A DNA stretch of 64,000 nt from Candidatus Saccharimonadota bacterium. Its GTDB lineage: Bacteria > Patescibacteriota > Saccharimonadia > Saccharimonadales > JAXHMH01. A model generated the notes under the pieces. It had not been told where the DNA came from. It worked only from the letters and a program-made list of their open reading frames with translations, and did no database searches. Made by a program: the position numbers and the translations under genes. Of this stretch, positions 34,663-43,338 are shown in pieces. The stretch is taken from assembly GCA_034521515.1 (NCBI GenBank), contig JAXHMH010000002.1, positions 640,444 to 704,443 on the forward strand. The letters run 5' to 3'. Within the stretch, counting starts at the first letter, position 1. Each line of letters starts with the position of its first letter.

Positions 34663-35082
34663 TTAGAGTTCGCTGGGGTCAATCTCAAAAAAGAGTTTTG
34701 CATTGTTGTTGGCAAAGTCTGGGACGTAATCTTGAGCATAACTTCCAAGTCTGTCGATTGAGACTGCGTCTTTACCAAAAAATCCTTGCATTAAGTCAAT
34801 CGATTCACGAGATCTGAGTGTTGCATGGATAAATCTTGCTTCATAGTCTAGCGCAGTATCAAAAGCCGCTTGCAATAATCGTGTACCAACACCTTGCCTG
34901 CGTAGATCTGGACGAACATTCACGGTGGCGATACCAAACATACCGGTTATCGTGTTGTGAGTCGCGTTAAGATAAGTATAATCATCAATTTCAAACTCAA
35001 GTTGCAGATCATTCGGGCCTGTCTCAATACCTCTAAAAGTCACCCGTTGTGGTGGTTCTGGGCAAAACTCTGGGTTCGACAT
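34663..35082 (-). CDS. GNAT-family N-acetyltransferase
   Basis: Acetyl-CoA motif A: VRPDLRRQGVGTRLLQAA. 139 aa. Confidence 0.8.
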   Translation of the reverse strand: MSNPEFCPEPPQRVTFRGIETGPNDLQLEFEIDDYTYLNATHNTITGMFGIATVNVRPDLRRQGVGTRLLQAAFDTALDYEARFIHATLRSRESIDLMQGFFGKDAVSIDRLGSYAQDYVPDFANNNAKLFFEIDPSEL

Positions 35083-35214
35083 AAGCTATATAATACAATA
35101 AAACATACTATATCGCTACATTTCTACCGTTTAACCCTATCCACTAACCCCTATCCCCTCATTACTCATAACTCACTCCTCACTACTCACCACTCATCAC
35201 TATCCGCTAACCTC

Positions 35215-35263
35215 TAAGTACTACACACTAGGTACTGTGTACTATGTACTACGTACTGCTCAC
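35215..35263 (-). repeat. Tandem heptad array (7 units), in inverted orientation relative to 34559-34650
   Basis: TAAGTAC TACACAC TAGGTAC TGTGTAC TATGTAC TACGTAC TGCTCAC, preceded by CTCACTACTCACC (35179-35191), which is the reverse complement of 34542-34554. Confidence 0.85.
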
Positions 35264-35318
35264 TTGTTAATTTATTGCCATATCCACTATACTAGGGGTC
35301 ATAACAGGAGGGTATTAC

Positions 35319-35453
35319 ATGGTAAATTTCGCGCATCACACTGTAGAGCACACCCTAAGTCTAGGTGTATTAACCTGGATTGCAGTAGGTGTCGTCGCCG
35401 CATCGGGGCTGATAGCTGCAATTTATGCAATAAAGCAAAGGAGTAATCGATGA
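35319..35453 (+). CDS. Small His-rich single-TM protein (44 aa) overlapping the sodC start
   Basis: AGGAGG lies 7 nt upstream. The ORF encodes MVNFAHHTVEHTLSLGVLTWIAVGVVAASGLIAAIYAIKQRSNR and makes an ATGA overlap with sodC. Confidence 0.5.
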   Translation: MVNFAHHTVEHTLSLGVLTWIAVGVVAASGLIAAIYAIKQRSNR

Positions 35454-35971
35454 AAGTCCGTCTAGATGCTGAAGATAAAAATATAACTAACCAGGCCAAG
35501 GCTCAGGTGGATGGACCGAGTATAAAGGGTACAGCAGAGTTTACCGAATACGACGTGGATGGATGGAAGTATGTGCACATAGCGTTAGCGTTAGATGGTG
35601 ACCCAAGCGTACTCACGCCCGGGCGGCACGCCGTGCATATTCACGAAAAGGGTGACTGCGAGTGCGAAGGGTTCAAGTGTGCCGGTGGTCATTTTGATCC
35701 AGGCCCTTCTGGTAATACTGATGCCGATGCCAACCATGGCTATCACGCCGGTGACTTACCAAGTATTACTGTTGACGAGCAAGGCAAGGGCGAGCTAGAA
35801 ACAATAACTACTCGCGTAACGTTGTCTGATGGACCGGTATCAATCTTGCAGCCAGAAGAAGGCACATCTCTGATGGTGCACGCTAATCCAGATCCACATA
35901 CGCCAGGTGAAACTGGTTCTGGTCATAGTGGCGGCCCAAGGCTTGCCTGCGGCAAAATTGAACAAGCTTAA
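35450..35971 (+). CDS. sodC: Cu/Zn superoxide dismutase
   Basis: Contains HAVHIHEKGDC, GGHFDP, HGYHAGDLPSI and the C-terminal GGPRLACGKI. No signal peptide is present in this frame. Confidence 0.9.
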   Translation: MKVRLDAEDKNITNQAKAQVDGPSIKGTAEFTEYDVDGWKYVHIALALDGDPSVLTPGRHAVHIHEKGDCECEGFKCAGGHFDPGPSGNTDADANHGYHAGDLPSITVDEQGKGELETITTRVTLSDGPVSILQPEEGTSLMVHANPDPHTPGETGSGHSGGPRLACGKIEQA

Positions 35972-36033
35972 TTAAAGTATTGCTTTAGTAGCGCAACGAG
36001 CAGTCTAGTACGATTAAAAGTAGATTTATAAAA

Positions 36034-36076
36034 TTTAAACGAGCAGATTTTTCCTGCTCGTTTAAATTATTTTTTG
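36034..36076. terminator. Intrinsic terminator between sodC and the convergent gene
   Basis: TTTAAACGAGCAG-ATTTTTC-CTGCTCGTTTAAA followed by TTATTTTTT. Confidence 0.75.
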
Positions 36077-36087
36077 GTAGTAGTGTC

Positions 36088-36675
36088 TTACTCGTTGTTC
36101 TCTAGGCGAGTAACAGAAAGCGTGAGCTCAGACTGGTCGCCAGCCTCAATCACCACGTTTACTCGTGTAATTTCATCTTGCCTCAGTGCGCTAATGGTTC
36201 TGGTATCATTGCGCGAGCTTGTAGACTGAACTTCCCAACCGTCGCTAAACTCGTCGTCGTAAAAGGCGTAGATGTCATCCACCTCGTCGTCTGACGTGAG
36301 CCGTACAGACCAAACCTTGTTTTCCCCGGCGCTGTATGAGCTAGAAGACGTAACTGTAGCTGGGTCATAAAGCGGAACTTCGCTTGGGAAGTCGTCTGCC
36401 AATTCAGCACCGCCAACCTGCAGTGACCCGTCGTCTGATTCTATAGAAACATTGTCTCCATCGGTTTCTATTTGCGTGTTGGTAGATTGCTCGAATATTT
36501 CTTTACCGACTTTGGCACCGATAAAGCCAAGCAGCATTGTGCCAAGCACACCTAACACCACAAGCACTGCCAGTACAATCAGGATAATTTTTAATGTCTT
36601 CTTCTGACCCTGATTTGGTGGTGGAGGCGTTTGTTGTGATTGGTTGTCTTTAGAAGGTGATGTATTTTCAGCCAT
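36088..36675 (-). CDS. Membrane-anchored hypothetical protein
   Basis: 195 aa with an N-terminal Pro/Gln-rich region, one TM helix and an acidic ectodomain. Confidence 0.5.
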   Translation of the reverse strand: MAENTSPSKDNQSQQTPPPPNQGQKKTLKIILIVLAVLVVLGVLGTMLLGFIGAKVGKEIFEQSTNTQIETDGDNVSIESDDGSLQVGGAELADDFPSEVPLYDPATVTSSSSYSAGENKVWSVRLTSDDEVDDIYAFYDDEFSDGWEVQSTSSRNDTRTISALRQDEITRVNVVIEAGDQSELTLSVTRLENNE

Positions 36676-36686
36676 AATATTTCCTG

Positions 36687-37040
36687 TTACTTAATGAGAT
36701 CGAAGTTACCGATGAGCGGTAGTCGTTTCATATCCTTGTTGAGCGCGTTGATGATGCCCATAACAAAGAATACGAGCGATGCGATGCTCACAACCGGCAG
36801 AATCAAAAACCAACCGATAAGTGGGATTATGGTACCTATTGTGGTGCCGGCAAACCCAAAAATGAGTAGCATCAGCCCTTGATTTGCGTGAAACTTACCA
36901 AACTGGCTGTTTGGATTGGTTACTAGTGGTAAAAAGAACAAAATGCCAAAGTAGGCGAGTGCTGCCATTATTTTTACTTGCTCAAGATCTTCACCGTTTT
37001 GTTTTTTGTCGTTGTCTGCAGATGCGTTGTCGTTCGCCAT
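36687..37040 (-). CDS. DUF4870-like small membrane protein
   Basis: AALAYFGILFFLPLV....FGKFHANQGLMLLIF matches the motif layout recalled for DUF4870. Confidence 0.55.
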   Translation of the reverse strand: MANDNASADNDKKQNGEDLEQVKIMAALAYFGILFFLPLVTNPNSQFGKFHANQGLMLLIFGFAGTTIGTIIPLIGWFLILPVVSIASLVFFVMGIINALNKDMKRLPLIGNFDLIK

Positions 37041-37127
37041 ATAGAGTCTCCCCCTCTTAATTTATACGTCTACATCAATAGTAGCACTTCGCAGCACTGG
37101 CGTAAACCAAGGTTGGGTTAGGGGGTT

Positions 37128-38903
37128 TTAACGGCCTCCACCGCCGCCTCCGCCGCCGCCTCCGCCGGCACCGCCGGAAAACCCACTGCCGCTTGATGTC
37201 GTAGCGGTAGAACTTACCTGACTCATTGCAGTTGAAAAATGAGCCGCGTTAAAGCTGCTTGTTCCGGCGTACCAAGCTGGTGCGGACTGTTGTTGCTCAT
37301 AATAATCGCCAATTTGCTTGAACCACTGTTTCTCTTGGTTTAATAAAACTGCGTAGGGCAGTAGTTTCTCATAGAGCTTTACCACTTGGCCGGTGTCCTT
37401 GGCGTCAACACTGGTGCGCAAGGCTCCTTCTGGACTCTGAAGGTATCGCAATCTATCAGCCTCTGCCAGCTTGACGTACATTTCTACACCCTTTAGATAG
37501 TCAACTACCTTTCGGCCTTTGTTGGTTAACGGCTTGGCGTTTTTACCAAGTATAATACTCATAACAATAAAGGCGATGACACTCAAAGGTAAGGGTATGG
37601 TTCGCCATTCCTGGTGTGGTAATAGCACAAATCCGGCTTCTGACATGTTGATAAATACTCCCAGTGCTGACACGAAGGCGATTCCCAGAACAACCAGCGG
37701 TAACCACAGATTTTTGGCCTTATATCGGTAGCCGTCGTCTATTTTTTGCTTATCAAGTTTTGTCTTTAGTCTGTGGAGCTTTTTGGTAGTTTTTGGTTTT
37801 GCTTTAGATAGATTGTAGCGTGCGCCGGGTTTGAGTATGTCGCCAAAAAAGGCGCTCAAGAACTTTAGTTCATTGTCAGAAAGACCTTTGGTCTTCTTTA
37901 GCTCCAGTTCAAATACCGGTTTGCTGCTGAAAAAATGTTGCTTACGCTCGGTTTCAATAATTTTCACAAATTTGCGCACCGCCAGATCCATAATTTGAGC
38001 AGTCACGGCGCGAGACATCATTTTGTTATTCTCATAAATTGAAGCTAAGTACAGGGGCGAAATATGTTTTAGCGGTGTATATTCCGGGATAATAGTACCT
38101 CTCCCCGGTGCATCAGGTGAACGGCGTCGTACAACTATGCCTAGAAACGTACCGGCGACTGTTAGAAATACCGAGATTGCAGCAATAATCCAACGGACAA
38201 GCCCGGCACTACCTTCAGCAAATGCAGAAAAGGCGTCAGGTTCAAACTCCATAACCAGCGACAGTGTTTCGCCAGATTTCATCGGACGAGTAGTCGTAAA
38301 CGTCACGAGGCTTTCTCCGATCTGACTCTCGCAGTTATAACGAGAACCAGGCCTGCCCTGGTAACAGGTAATTTTGCCAGTGAAGGCGTTTTTTGTAGAG
38401 TCATCCAAGTGTACGCGGGCGGTTACGCTCTCAAAGGGTTGTCGCCAGCCAGTACCGTTGACGTTCCAGAAAAGTTCCTGAGTGTTCTCAAGATCGCGGG
38501 TGACGTCCCGGAGGGTGTAAGTGAACTCGTACGTTTGCTGGCCAGTTACGTATTCATCGGTGCCGGTTTCAACAATTGCAAACCCGCCTTCTTTGGATTC
38601 ATCATAAACTGGCTCCGGCTGCCCGTTCCTCGTAAGCGATACAAACTCATAAGAAAGCGGGTGTCCATCATAGGTTATGGGGATTTCACGCACGATACCT
38701 TTGTTTTGGTCATGGTCTGGGAACTGAGCAACCAGCGTTTCAACAACCCGCATATGCGAGCGGCCTTCATCGTCTTGGGATAGGTAATAGTCGGCATCAA
38801 AAGAATCAAACGTGAAGTTATCAACGGATTGAGCGCTCGAGGTTGCTGGAATAAACAGCAAAAGAATTGGTATAGAACATAAGCCGGCAATCAAACGCTT
38901 CAT
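37128..38903 (-). CDS. DUF2207-domain membrane protein
   Basis: 591 aa with a signal peptide, an extracellular beta-rich domain, several TM segments and a C-terminal poly-Gly tail (SGFSGGAGGGGGGGGGGGR) typical of DUF2207. Confidence 0.7.
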   Translation of the reverse strand: MKRLIAGLCSIPILLLFIPATSSAQSVDNFTFDSFDADYYLSQDDEGRSHMRVVETLVAQFPDHDQNKGIVREIPITYDGHPLSYEFVSLTRNGQPEPVYDESKEGGFAIVETGTDEYVTGQQTYEFTYTLRDVTRDLENTQELFWNVNGTGWRQPFESVTARVHLDDSTKNAFTGKITCYQGRPGSRYNCESQIGESLVTFTTTRPMKSGETLSLVMEFEPDAFSAFAEGSAGLVRWIIAAISVFLTVAGTFLGIVVRRRSPDAPGRGTIIPEYTPLKHISPLYLASIYENNKMMSRAVTAQIMDLAVRKFVKIIETERKQHFFSSKPVFELELKKTKGLSDNELKFLSAFFGDILKPGARYNLSKAKPKTTKKLHRLKTKLDKQKIDDGYRYKAKNLWLPLVVLGIAFVSALGVFINMSEAGFVLLPHQEWRTIPLPLSVIAFIVMSIILGKNAKPLTNKGRKVVDYLKGVEMYVKLAEADRLRYLQSPEGALRTSVDAKDTGQVVKLYEKLLPYAVLLNQEKQWFKQIGDYYEQQQSAPAWYAGTSSFNAAHFSTAMSQVSSTATTSSGSGFSGGAGGGGGGGGGGGR

Positions 38904-38980
38904 AAGGTTATTGTATCATCAGAAATACAAGCTGGATCGCGGTGGTCGTTAACTGCAGGTTATTATTGTGGCTATGCATT

Positions 38981-39014
38981 AAAAAGCCGCCCCTTTTTAA
39001 GCAGGCGGCTTTTT
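38981..39014 (-). terminator. Intrinsic terminator after the beta-helix protein gene
   Basis: On the minus strand: GCCGCC-TGCTTAAAAAGG-GGCGGC followed by TTTTTAAT. Confidence 0.7.
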
Positions 39015-39036
39015 AAAAGATATTTTTACTGTGTTT

Positions 39037-40002
39037 TTATTGTACTGGGGTTACTAGACCTCTCACTACGTTGTCTCCGCCGTCATACACTGGGTATGCA
39101 AAGCCGCTCACGCGGTTTCCGGTTAGACGGTTCTTTTCAGATCCTGGGAAGAAGTAGACACCTACGGCTCCATCGTCGCTGGTTAGTTTGTTGCCAGCAA
39201 TATGATTTTTCTCGCCGGAAACTAGTATTCCATAAGCGCTGAATACAGAACTCACAACCGTAGAGTTGGTTGTGTTACCCTTAACCTTATTTTTGTCGCC
39301 GCTTACATAAAAAGCGAACTCGCTGTCTTTTACATCGTTGTTAACCACAGAAGACTTATCTGCAAACAACATGATAGCGGTTGACGCCCAGTTAGATTCG
39401 CCATCCCACCAAAATCCTTCAATCTGATTGTTTTTGATGCTGGCGGTTGCACCTTGGTCGACTTGTACGCCGTTTTCTGCCCATCCGCTCGTTTTTGCCC
39501 CGGTGCCGGCTATCAAATTCTTCTGCACGGATACATCTGTGTTTGCACCACGAACAACAACAGCGGCACGAAGTGCACCAGTTAACTCGCTGTTACGAAC
39601 TGCACCTGATGCTCCGTCTTGGTACGTTACACCAACAAATCGGTTGGCATAGTCTTCTTCCACCGTCACGCTAGAATTTCTGACGTCTACTTTAGCGCCG
39701 TCAACGTAAATACCGTACTGGGTTGACATTGCACTGTCGGTAGCGCCTTCAACCTGTGCGCGGTTAATCGTGCCGTTTTGGTCAAAGTAAATACCAATTT
39801 CACACGTTACAGTAAACGCATTATTGGGTACTTCATTGACGTAATTGGCCGTGCCGGCTGGTGTTGTTTGACAGTGATCACTCGCGCCAGCACTTGAAAA
39901 CACACCGATCGCGGCTGTTAAAGAAAAGAGTAGCGCTATCGTTAGCAAGGCTAGCTTGCTAATACGCTCTCTTACCACACCTTGATAATAGTTATAGACC
40001 AT
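39037..40002 (-). CDS. Secreted right-handed parallel beta-helix repeat protein
   Basis: Has a signal anchor and repetitive ~22-aa N/G/V-rich units (..VRNS.LTG.., ..IKNNQIEG.., ..VVNNDVKD.., ..IAGNKLTS.., ..LTGNRVSG..). Confidence 0.55.
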   Translation of the reverse strand: MVYNYYQGVVRERISKLALLTIALLFSLTAAIGVFSSAGASDHCQTTPAGTANYVNEVPNNAFTVTCEIGIYFDQNGTINRAQVEGATDSAMSTQYGIYVDGAKVDVRNSSVTVEEDYANRFVGVTYQDGASGAVRNSELTGALRAAVVVRGANTDVSVQKNLIAGTGAKTSGWAENGVQVDQGATASIKNNQIEGFWWDGESNWASTAIMLFADKSSVVNNDVKDSEFAFYVSGDKNKVKGNTTNSTVVSSVFSAYGILVSGEKNHIAGNKLTSDDGAVGVYFFPGSEKNRLTGNRVSGFAYPVYDGGDNVVRGLVTPVQ

Positions 40003-40058
40003 ACTAACTCCTCCTGTTTAGGTAATACCCATTATACGCTCATTTGCCTAGAGTGTCG

Positions 40059-40433
40059 TTAAGAATTGTAATATCTGCCTATCACGGACTCTCTACTGTC
40101 AGCGGCTTGAAAGTAGTTTTCGCAAAAGGTTTTTGCCTGCTTGGTGTCGTAAGGTTTACAGGAGAATAAATTAATAAAAACAGTTTGAAGTTTGTCAAGG
40201 CAGTGTATGGTAACGTTACTGGTTGTAATGAACTGAACGGCAGAGACTCCTTTTAGGTGTGGGGTGTCGCTATTATCAATCCAAAACATTGGTTCTCCGT
40301 ATCGTTCCATATCAATTTCTTTACATAATTCGATAAAAAATACGCGTAATGTTTGCTCGGTGAATTTAGACACATCGCACTGGTACAAATCAAGAATTAG
40401 CTCGGTACCGTACTTGTTCTCACTATTGGGCAT
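40059..40433 (-). CDS. S-adenosylmethionine decarboxylase-like (SpeD/SpeH-type pyruvoyl enzyme family) protein
   Basis: GTELILDLYQCD.. and GVSAVQFITTSNVTIHC parallel GxHxxxELxGCD and GVSGVVIISESHLTIH of bacterial AdoMetDC. The Glu-Ser cleavage pair reads Thr-Ser here. Confidence 0.45.
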   Translation of the reverse strand: MPNSENKYGTELILDLYQCDVSKFTEQTLRVFFIELCKEIDMERYGEPMFWIDNSDTPHLKGVSAVQFITTSNVTIHCLDKLQTVFINLFSCKPYDTKQAKTFCENYFQAADSRESVIGRYYNS

Positions 40434-40482
40434 ATATGTATGCTATCACGTCGAAAGTTGAATGGATTATATGTAAAAGCGT

Positions 40483-40767
40483 TTAGGTGAAAAAACGGCT
40501 AAGTAAGAAAATCATAATTAACCCTCCGAGCAAGCGTCTAAACAAATTTACACCTAAAGTTAGCTCTAGTCCTGACCAGATAAGTCCGGCTAACAACGTT
40601 GCCCAACCGAGACCTTGATGCAGGGAATGTGATGCAGGTACTAAGAGGCGTGCAAGTGCCAAAGTAGCCCATATTATAAGTATCGCGTTTGGACGTTGGC
40701 CTATAACAACATTTCCGTGACTATCTTTTATTATCTTAGTGGCGTATTGCTTGATGTGTTTTAGCAT
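40483..40767 (-). CDS. Small membrane protein
   Basis: 94 aa with 3 hydrophobic helices, adjacent to the oxidoreductase gene. Confidence 0.4.
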   Translation of the reverse strand: MLKHIKQYATKIIKDSHGNVVIGQRPNAILIIWATLALARLLVPASHSLHQGLGWATLLAGLIWSGLELTLGVNLFRRLLGGLIMIFLLSRFFT

Positions 40768-40770
40768 GTT

Positions 40771-42120
40771 CTAGAACATAGATCTCATGTCATCGCTCGC
40801 CGTTGGGAAGGCCATAATCGGCTTTTTTATATCATCAGTGGTTAGGCCAAGCTCAATCGCGAGACTGAATATGTTTATTAGGTCTTCGGTATGGTTCCCG
40901 ATAAGGTGAGCACCGATGATTTTACCTGATTTCTTCTCGACGAGCACCTTACTTTTTGAATGGATTTGATTTAGTCTTTTTGCGTCGAACCAGCCTGATG
41001 TATCTTTATTAATAACATCGTACTCCAACTGGGACTGTGTAGCACTTGCCTCGTTATGGCCAACACTCGCCACAACTGGTGTCGTGAACAGAACGCTTGG
41101 GGTAGACAGGTAATTTGGTTGCTCGAGGTTGCCACCCAGAATGTTCTTGGCCACAATTGATCCTTGAACACCGGCGACGGGTGACAATGGCGGGCCGGCT
41201 GCAGCGGCATCACCGGCAGCATATACGTTGGGATTGGACACACTTTGCAAATGCTCATTAACTATAACCCCGCGTCTAAGATCAAACTCGACGTTTGTCG
41301 CTTCAAGGTTCAGCTCAGCAATAGCAGGGGGGCGACCGGCGCCGTGCATTACCAAATCAGCTTCAAACGACTGACCACTCTTTGTTTTTATCAAGAACGT
41401 GTCCGCAGTTTTTTCTATGCTAGTCACCAGTTGGTTTAGTTCTGTCTTAATACCAATTTCTTCGGATGCACTTAAGAGTTCTTTTACCATGTCGTCATCA
41501 AACATGGCAACCGGTTTGTCGTCACCGTGTAATATCGTCACTTCGGCTCCAAAACGTGATGCTATGTGCGCAAACTCAAACGATATATAACCGCCACCAA
41601 CGAAGATGATTCGTTTTGGCAACTCATCAAGCTCCAAGAAATCGTCGCTTGTAATCATGTGCTTAAATCCATCAATAGGTAATTTTGCAGGTTTGGCACC
41701 AACAGCAATGTGAACTTTATCGGCAGTTAGTGTTGAGCCGTTGACTTCAAGTGTTAAGTTGTCAGTAAAGCGTGGGCTGCCGGTAAATACGTCAATCCCG
41801 GCTTCTTTTATGGAGTTCTCTGTACTAGAGGGGATGTCATCGGTAAAGCTACGCTTGAAGGTAATCAAGCTAGACCAATTCATTGCAGGTTGTGATGCGA
41901 CGATATCAAGGTCAGCAAGGCGTCGATTAATATCAGCAATTTCTGCTGTGCCAGCTAAAACTTTTTTTGGAATACAACCTCTAACAGAGCATGTTCCACC
42001 AAAAAGACCGTCGTTGATGAGGGCTACCTTTTTGCCGGCTTCTTTGGCGCGCATCGCAACCTGATAGCCAGCTCCTCCGGTTCCGAGTACGATTAAATCG
42101 TAAGTGTTGTTTGTACCCAT
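40771..42120 (-). CDS. Class I pyridine nucleotide-disulfide oxidoreductase (glutathione reductase / dihydrolipoyl dehydrogenase family)
   Basis: Contains DLIVLGTGGAGY, the redox-active GGTCSVRGCIPKK, a second Rossmann motif (IIFVGGGYISFEFA) and a dimerisation domain. Confidence 0.85.
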   Translation of the reverse strand: MGTNNTYDLIVLGTGGAGYQVAMRAKEAGKKVALINDGLFGGTCSVRGCIPKKVLAGTAEIADINRRLADLDIVASQPAMNWSSLITFKRSFTDDIPSSTENSIKEAGIDVFTGSPRFTDNLTLEVNGSTLTADKVHIAVGAKPAKLPIDGFKHMITSDDFLELDELPKRIIFVGGGYISFEFAHIASRFGAEVTILHGDDKPVAMFDDDMVKELLSASEEIGIKTELNQLVTSIEKTADTFLIKTKSGQSFEADLVMHGAGRPPAIAELNLEATNVEFDLRRGVIVNEHLQSVSNPNVYAAGDAAAAGPPLSPVAGVQGSIVAKNILGGNLEQPNYLSTPSVLFTTPVVASVGHNEASATQSQLEYDVINKDTSGWFDAKRLNQIHSKSKVLVEKKSGKIIGAHLIGNHTEDLINIFSLAIELGLTTDDIKKPIMAFPTASDDMRSMF

Positions 42121-42361
42121 ATTGTTCCCCCTTAAATTGGCACCGGAATGCCCGGCTTATTTTAAATCAAATGTAATTGTATTGCGTCCAGTATAAAGCA
42201 ACGGTTAATTTCTGCAGATTAAACACGTGCCATTTATTGATTAAGCAACTACTTAATAATAGCAAACCAATTATTTTGGACAAAAAACCGCAATGCTAAG
42301 AGTTACATTTTTATTGCATCGACACGTATAATGGTAGGAGTAAGAAAATAACTCAGGGGGT

Positions 42362-43069
42362 ATGATGGGACTAACAAAGCAGCAGTTAATTGGTCTTTTT
42401 GCGGGACTCATTATTGTAGTCGGCGGTGTGTTTGCATATATGTACTTCACCGGCGATGATGTAACCAATCAACAAAACCAAGAAGAACAAGCCACAACAG
42501 ATAATAATGACAGACAAACACCCGAGCCTGGCTTTAATCCGGTCGATACAGAAGAGGTCGCCTACATTGCAACGATTTCCGGTTCTGATGAGGACGGCGA
42601 GATTTCTGGCACTATCGAGTCTGACGGGCAGGGAAGTATAGTCTATAAGTTTACCGATAACGGTACTAGTTCAGAAATGTACGTCACGCCAGACGGTACC
42701 TACGCCTGCCAAGATGGCAGTGATTGCGTAAAGTTCAGCAACAATAATGAAGATTCAGCCAATAGTGCCAGCCCGTTTAACCCGGATAGGTTCAACTTTA
42801 ACGAAGAAGACTACAACGACTTCCGCGATATTGCTACTTACGAAGGTAGCTCACCTTGCAGCTCCGGAACATGCGATGTTTGGTCATACGTTGATGAAGA
42901 TACAAATACCGATACCACAACTTACATTGATAACAGTAGTAACCGGATTGTCCGCATCGAGAGCGATGAGGCTAACAGTAGCTTTGTGATCGAATATGAT
43001 TACGATGTATCTGTGACTATTACACCACCAGAAAATGCCCAAGATTTGTCCAATGTAAACGGTCTTTAG
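42362..43069 (+). CDS. Membrane-anchored acidic hypothetical protein
   Basis: 235 aa with one N-terminal TM helix and a D/E/N/S/T-rich ectodomain containing Cys pairs. Confidence 0.5.
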   Translation: MMGLTKQQLIGLFAGLIIVVGGVFAYMYFTGDDVTNQQNQEEQATTDNNDRQTPEPGFNPVDTEEVAYIATISGSDEDGEISGTIESDGQGSIVYKFTDNGTSSEMYVTPDGTYACQDGSDCVKFSNNNEDSANSASPFNPDRFNFNEEDYNDFRDIATYEGSSPCSSGTCDVWSYVDEDTNTDTTTYIDNSSNRIVRIESDEANSSFVIEYDYDVSVTITPPENAQDLSNVNGL

Positions 43070-43161
43070 TCCGCACCATTAGCTCCTGCACGTCATACAG
43101 AACCCATATAAAAAAGGTAGTCATATGAAAATATGCACGTATCTAAAATCACAATCCACGC

Positions 43162-43191
43162 CCCTGTTAGAGGACAGTCCTCTGGGTTCCC
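43162..43191 (-). repeat. Island repeat family, copy R1 (hairpin core AGAGGACAGTCCTCT with flanks)
   Basis: CCCTGTTAGAGGACAGTCCTCTGGGTTCCC. The upstream ~40 nt resemble the reverse complement of the B module of R4/R5. Confidence 0.8.
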
Positions 43192-43338
43192 GACAGATAA
43201 CTGACCTGCACTAACTTCTTCCCGTTTATCTCGCAGTCTACACTCCGTTCAATGGCAGGCAAAGTGGTGCAGTAATGATACTGTATATTTTATATATCTC
43301 AACTAGACAACATCCTGCTGCCAGTACATTTATCGTAA

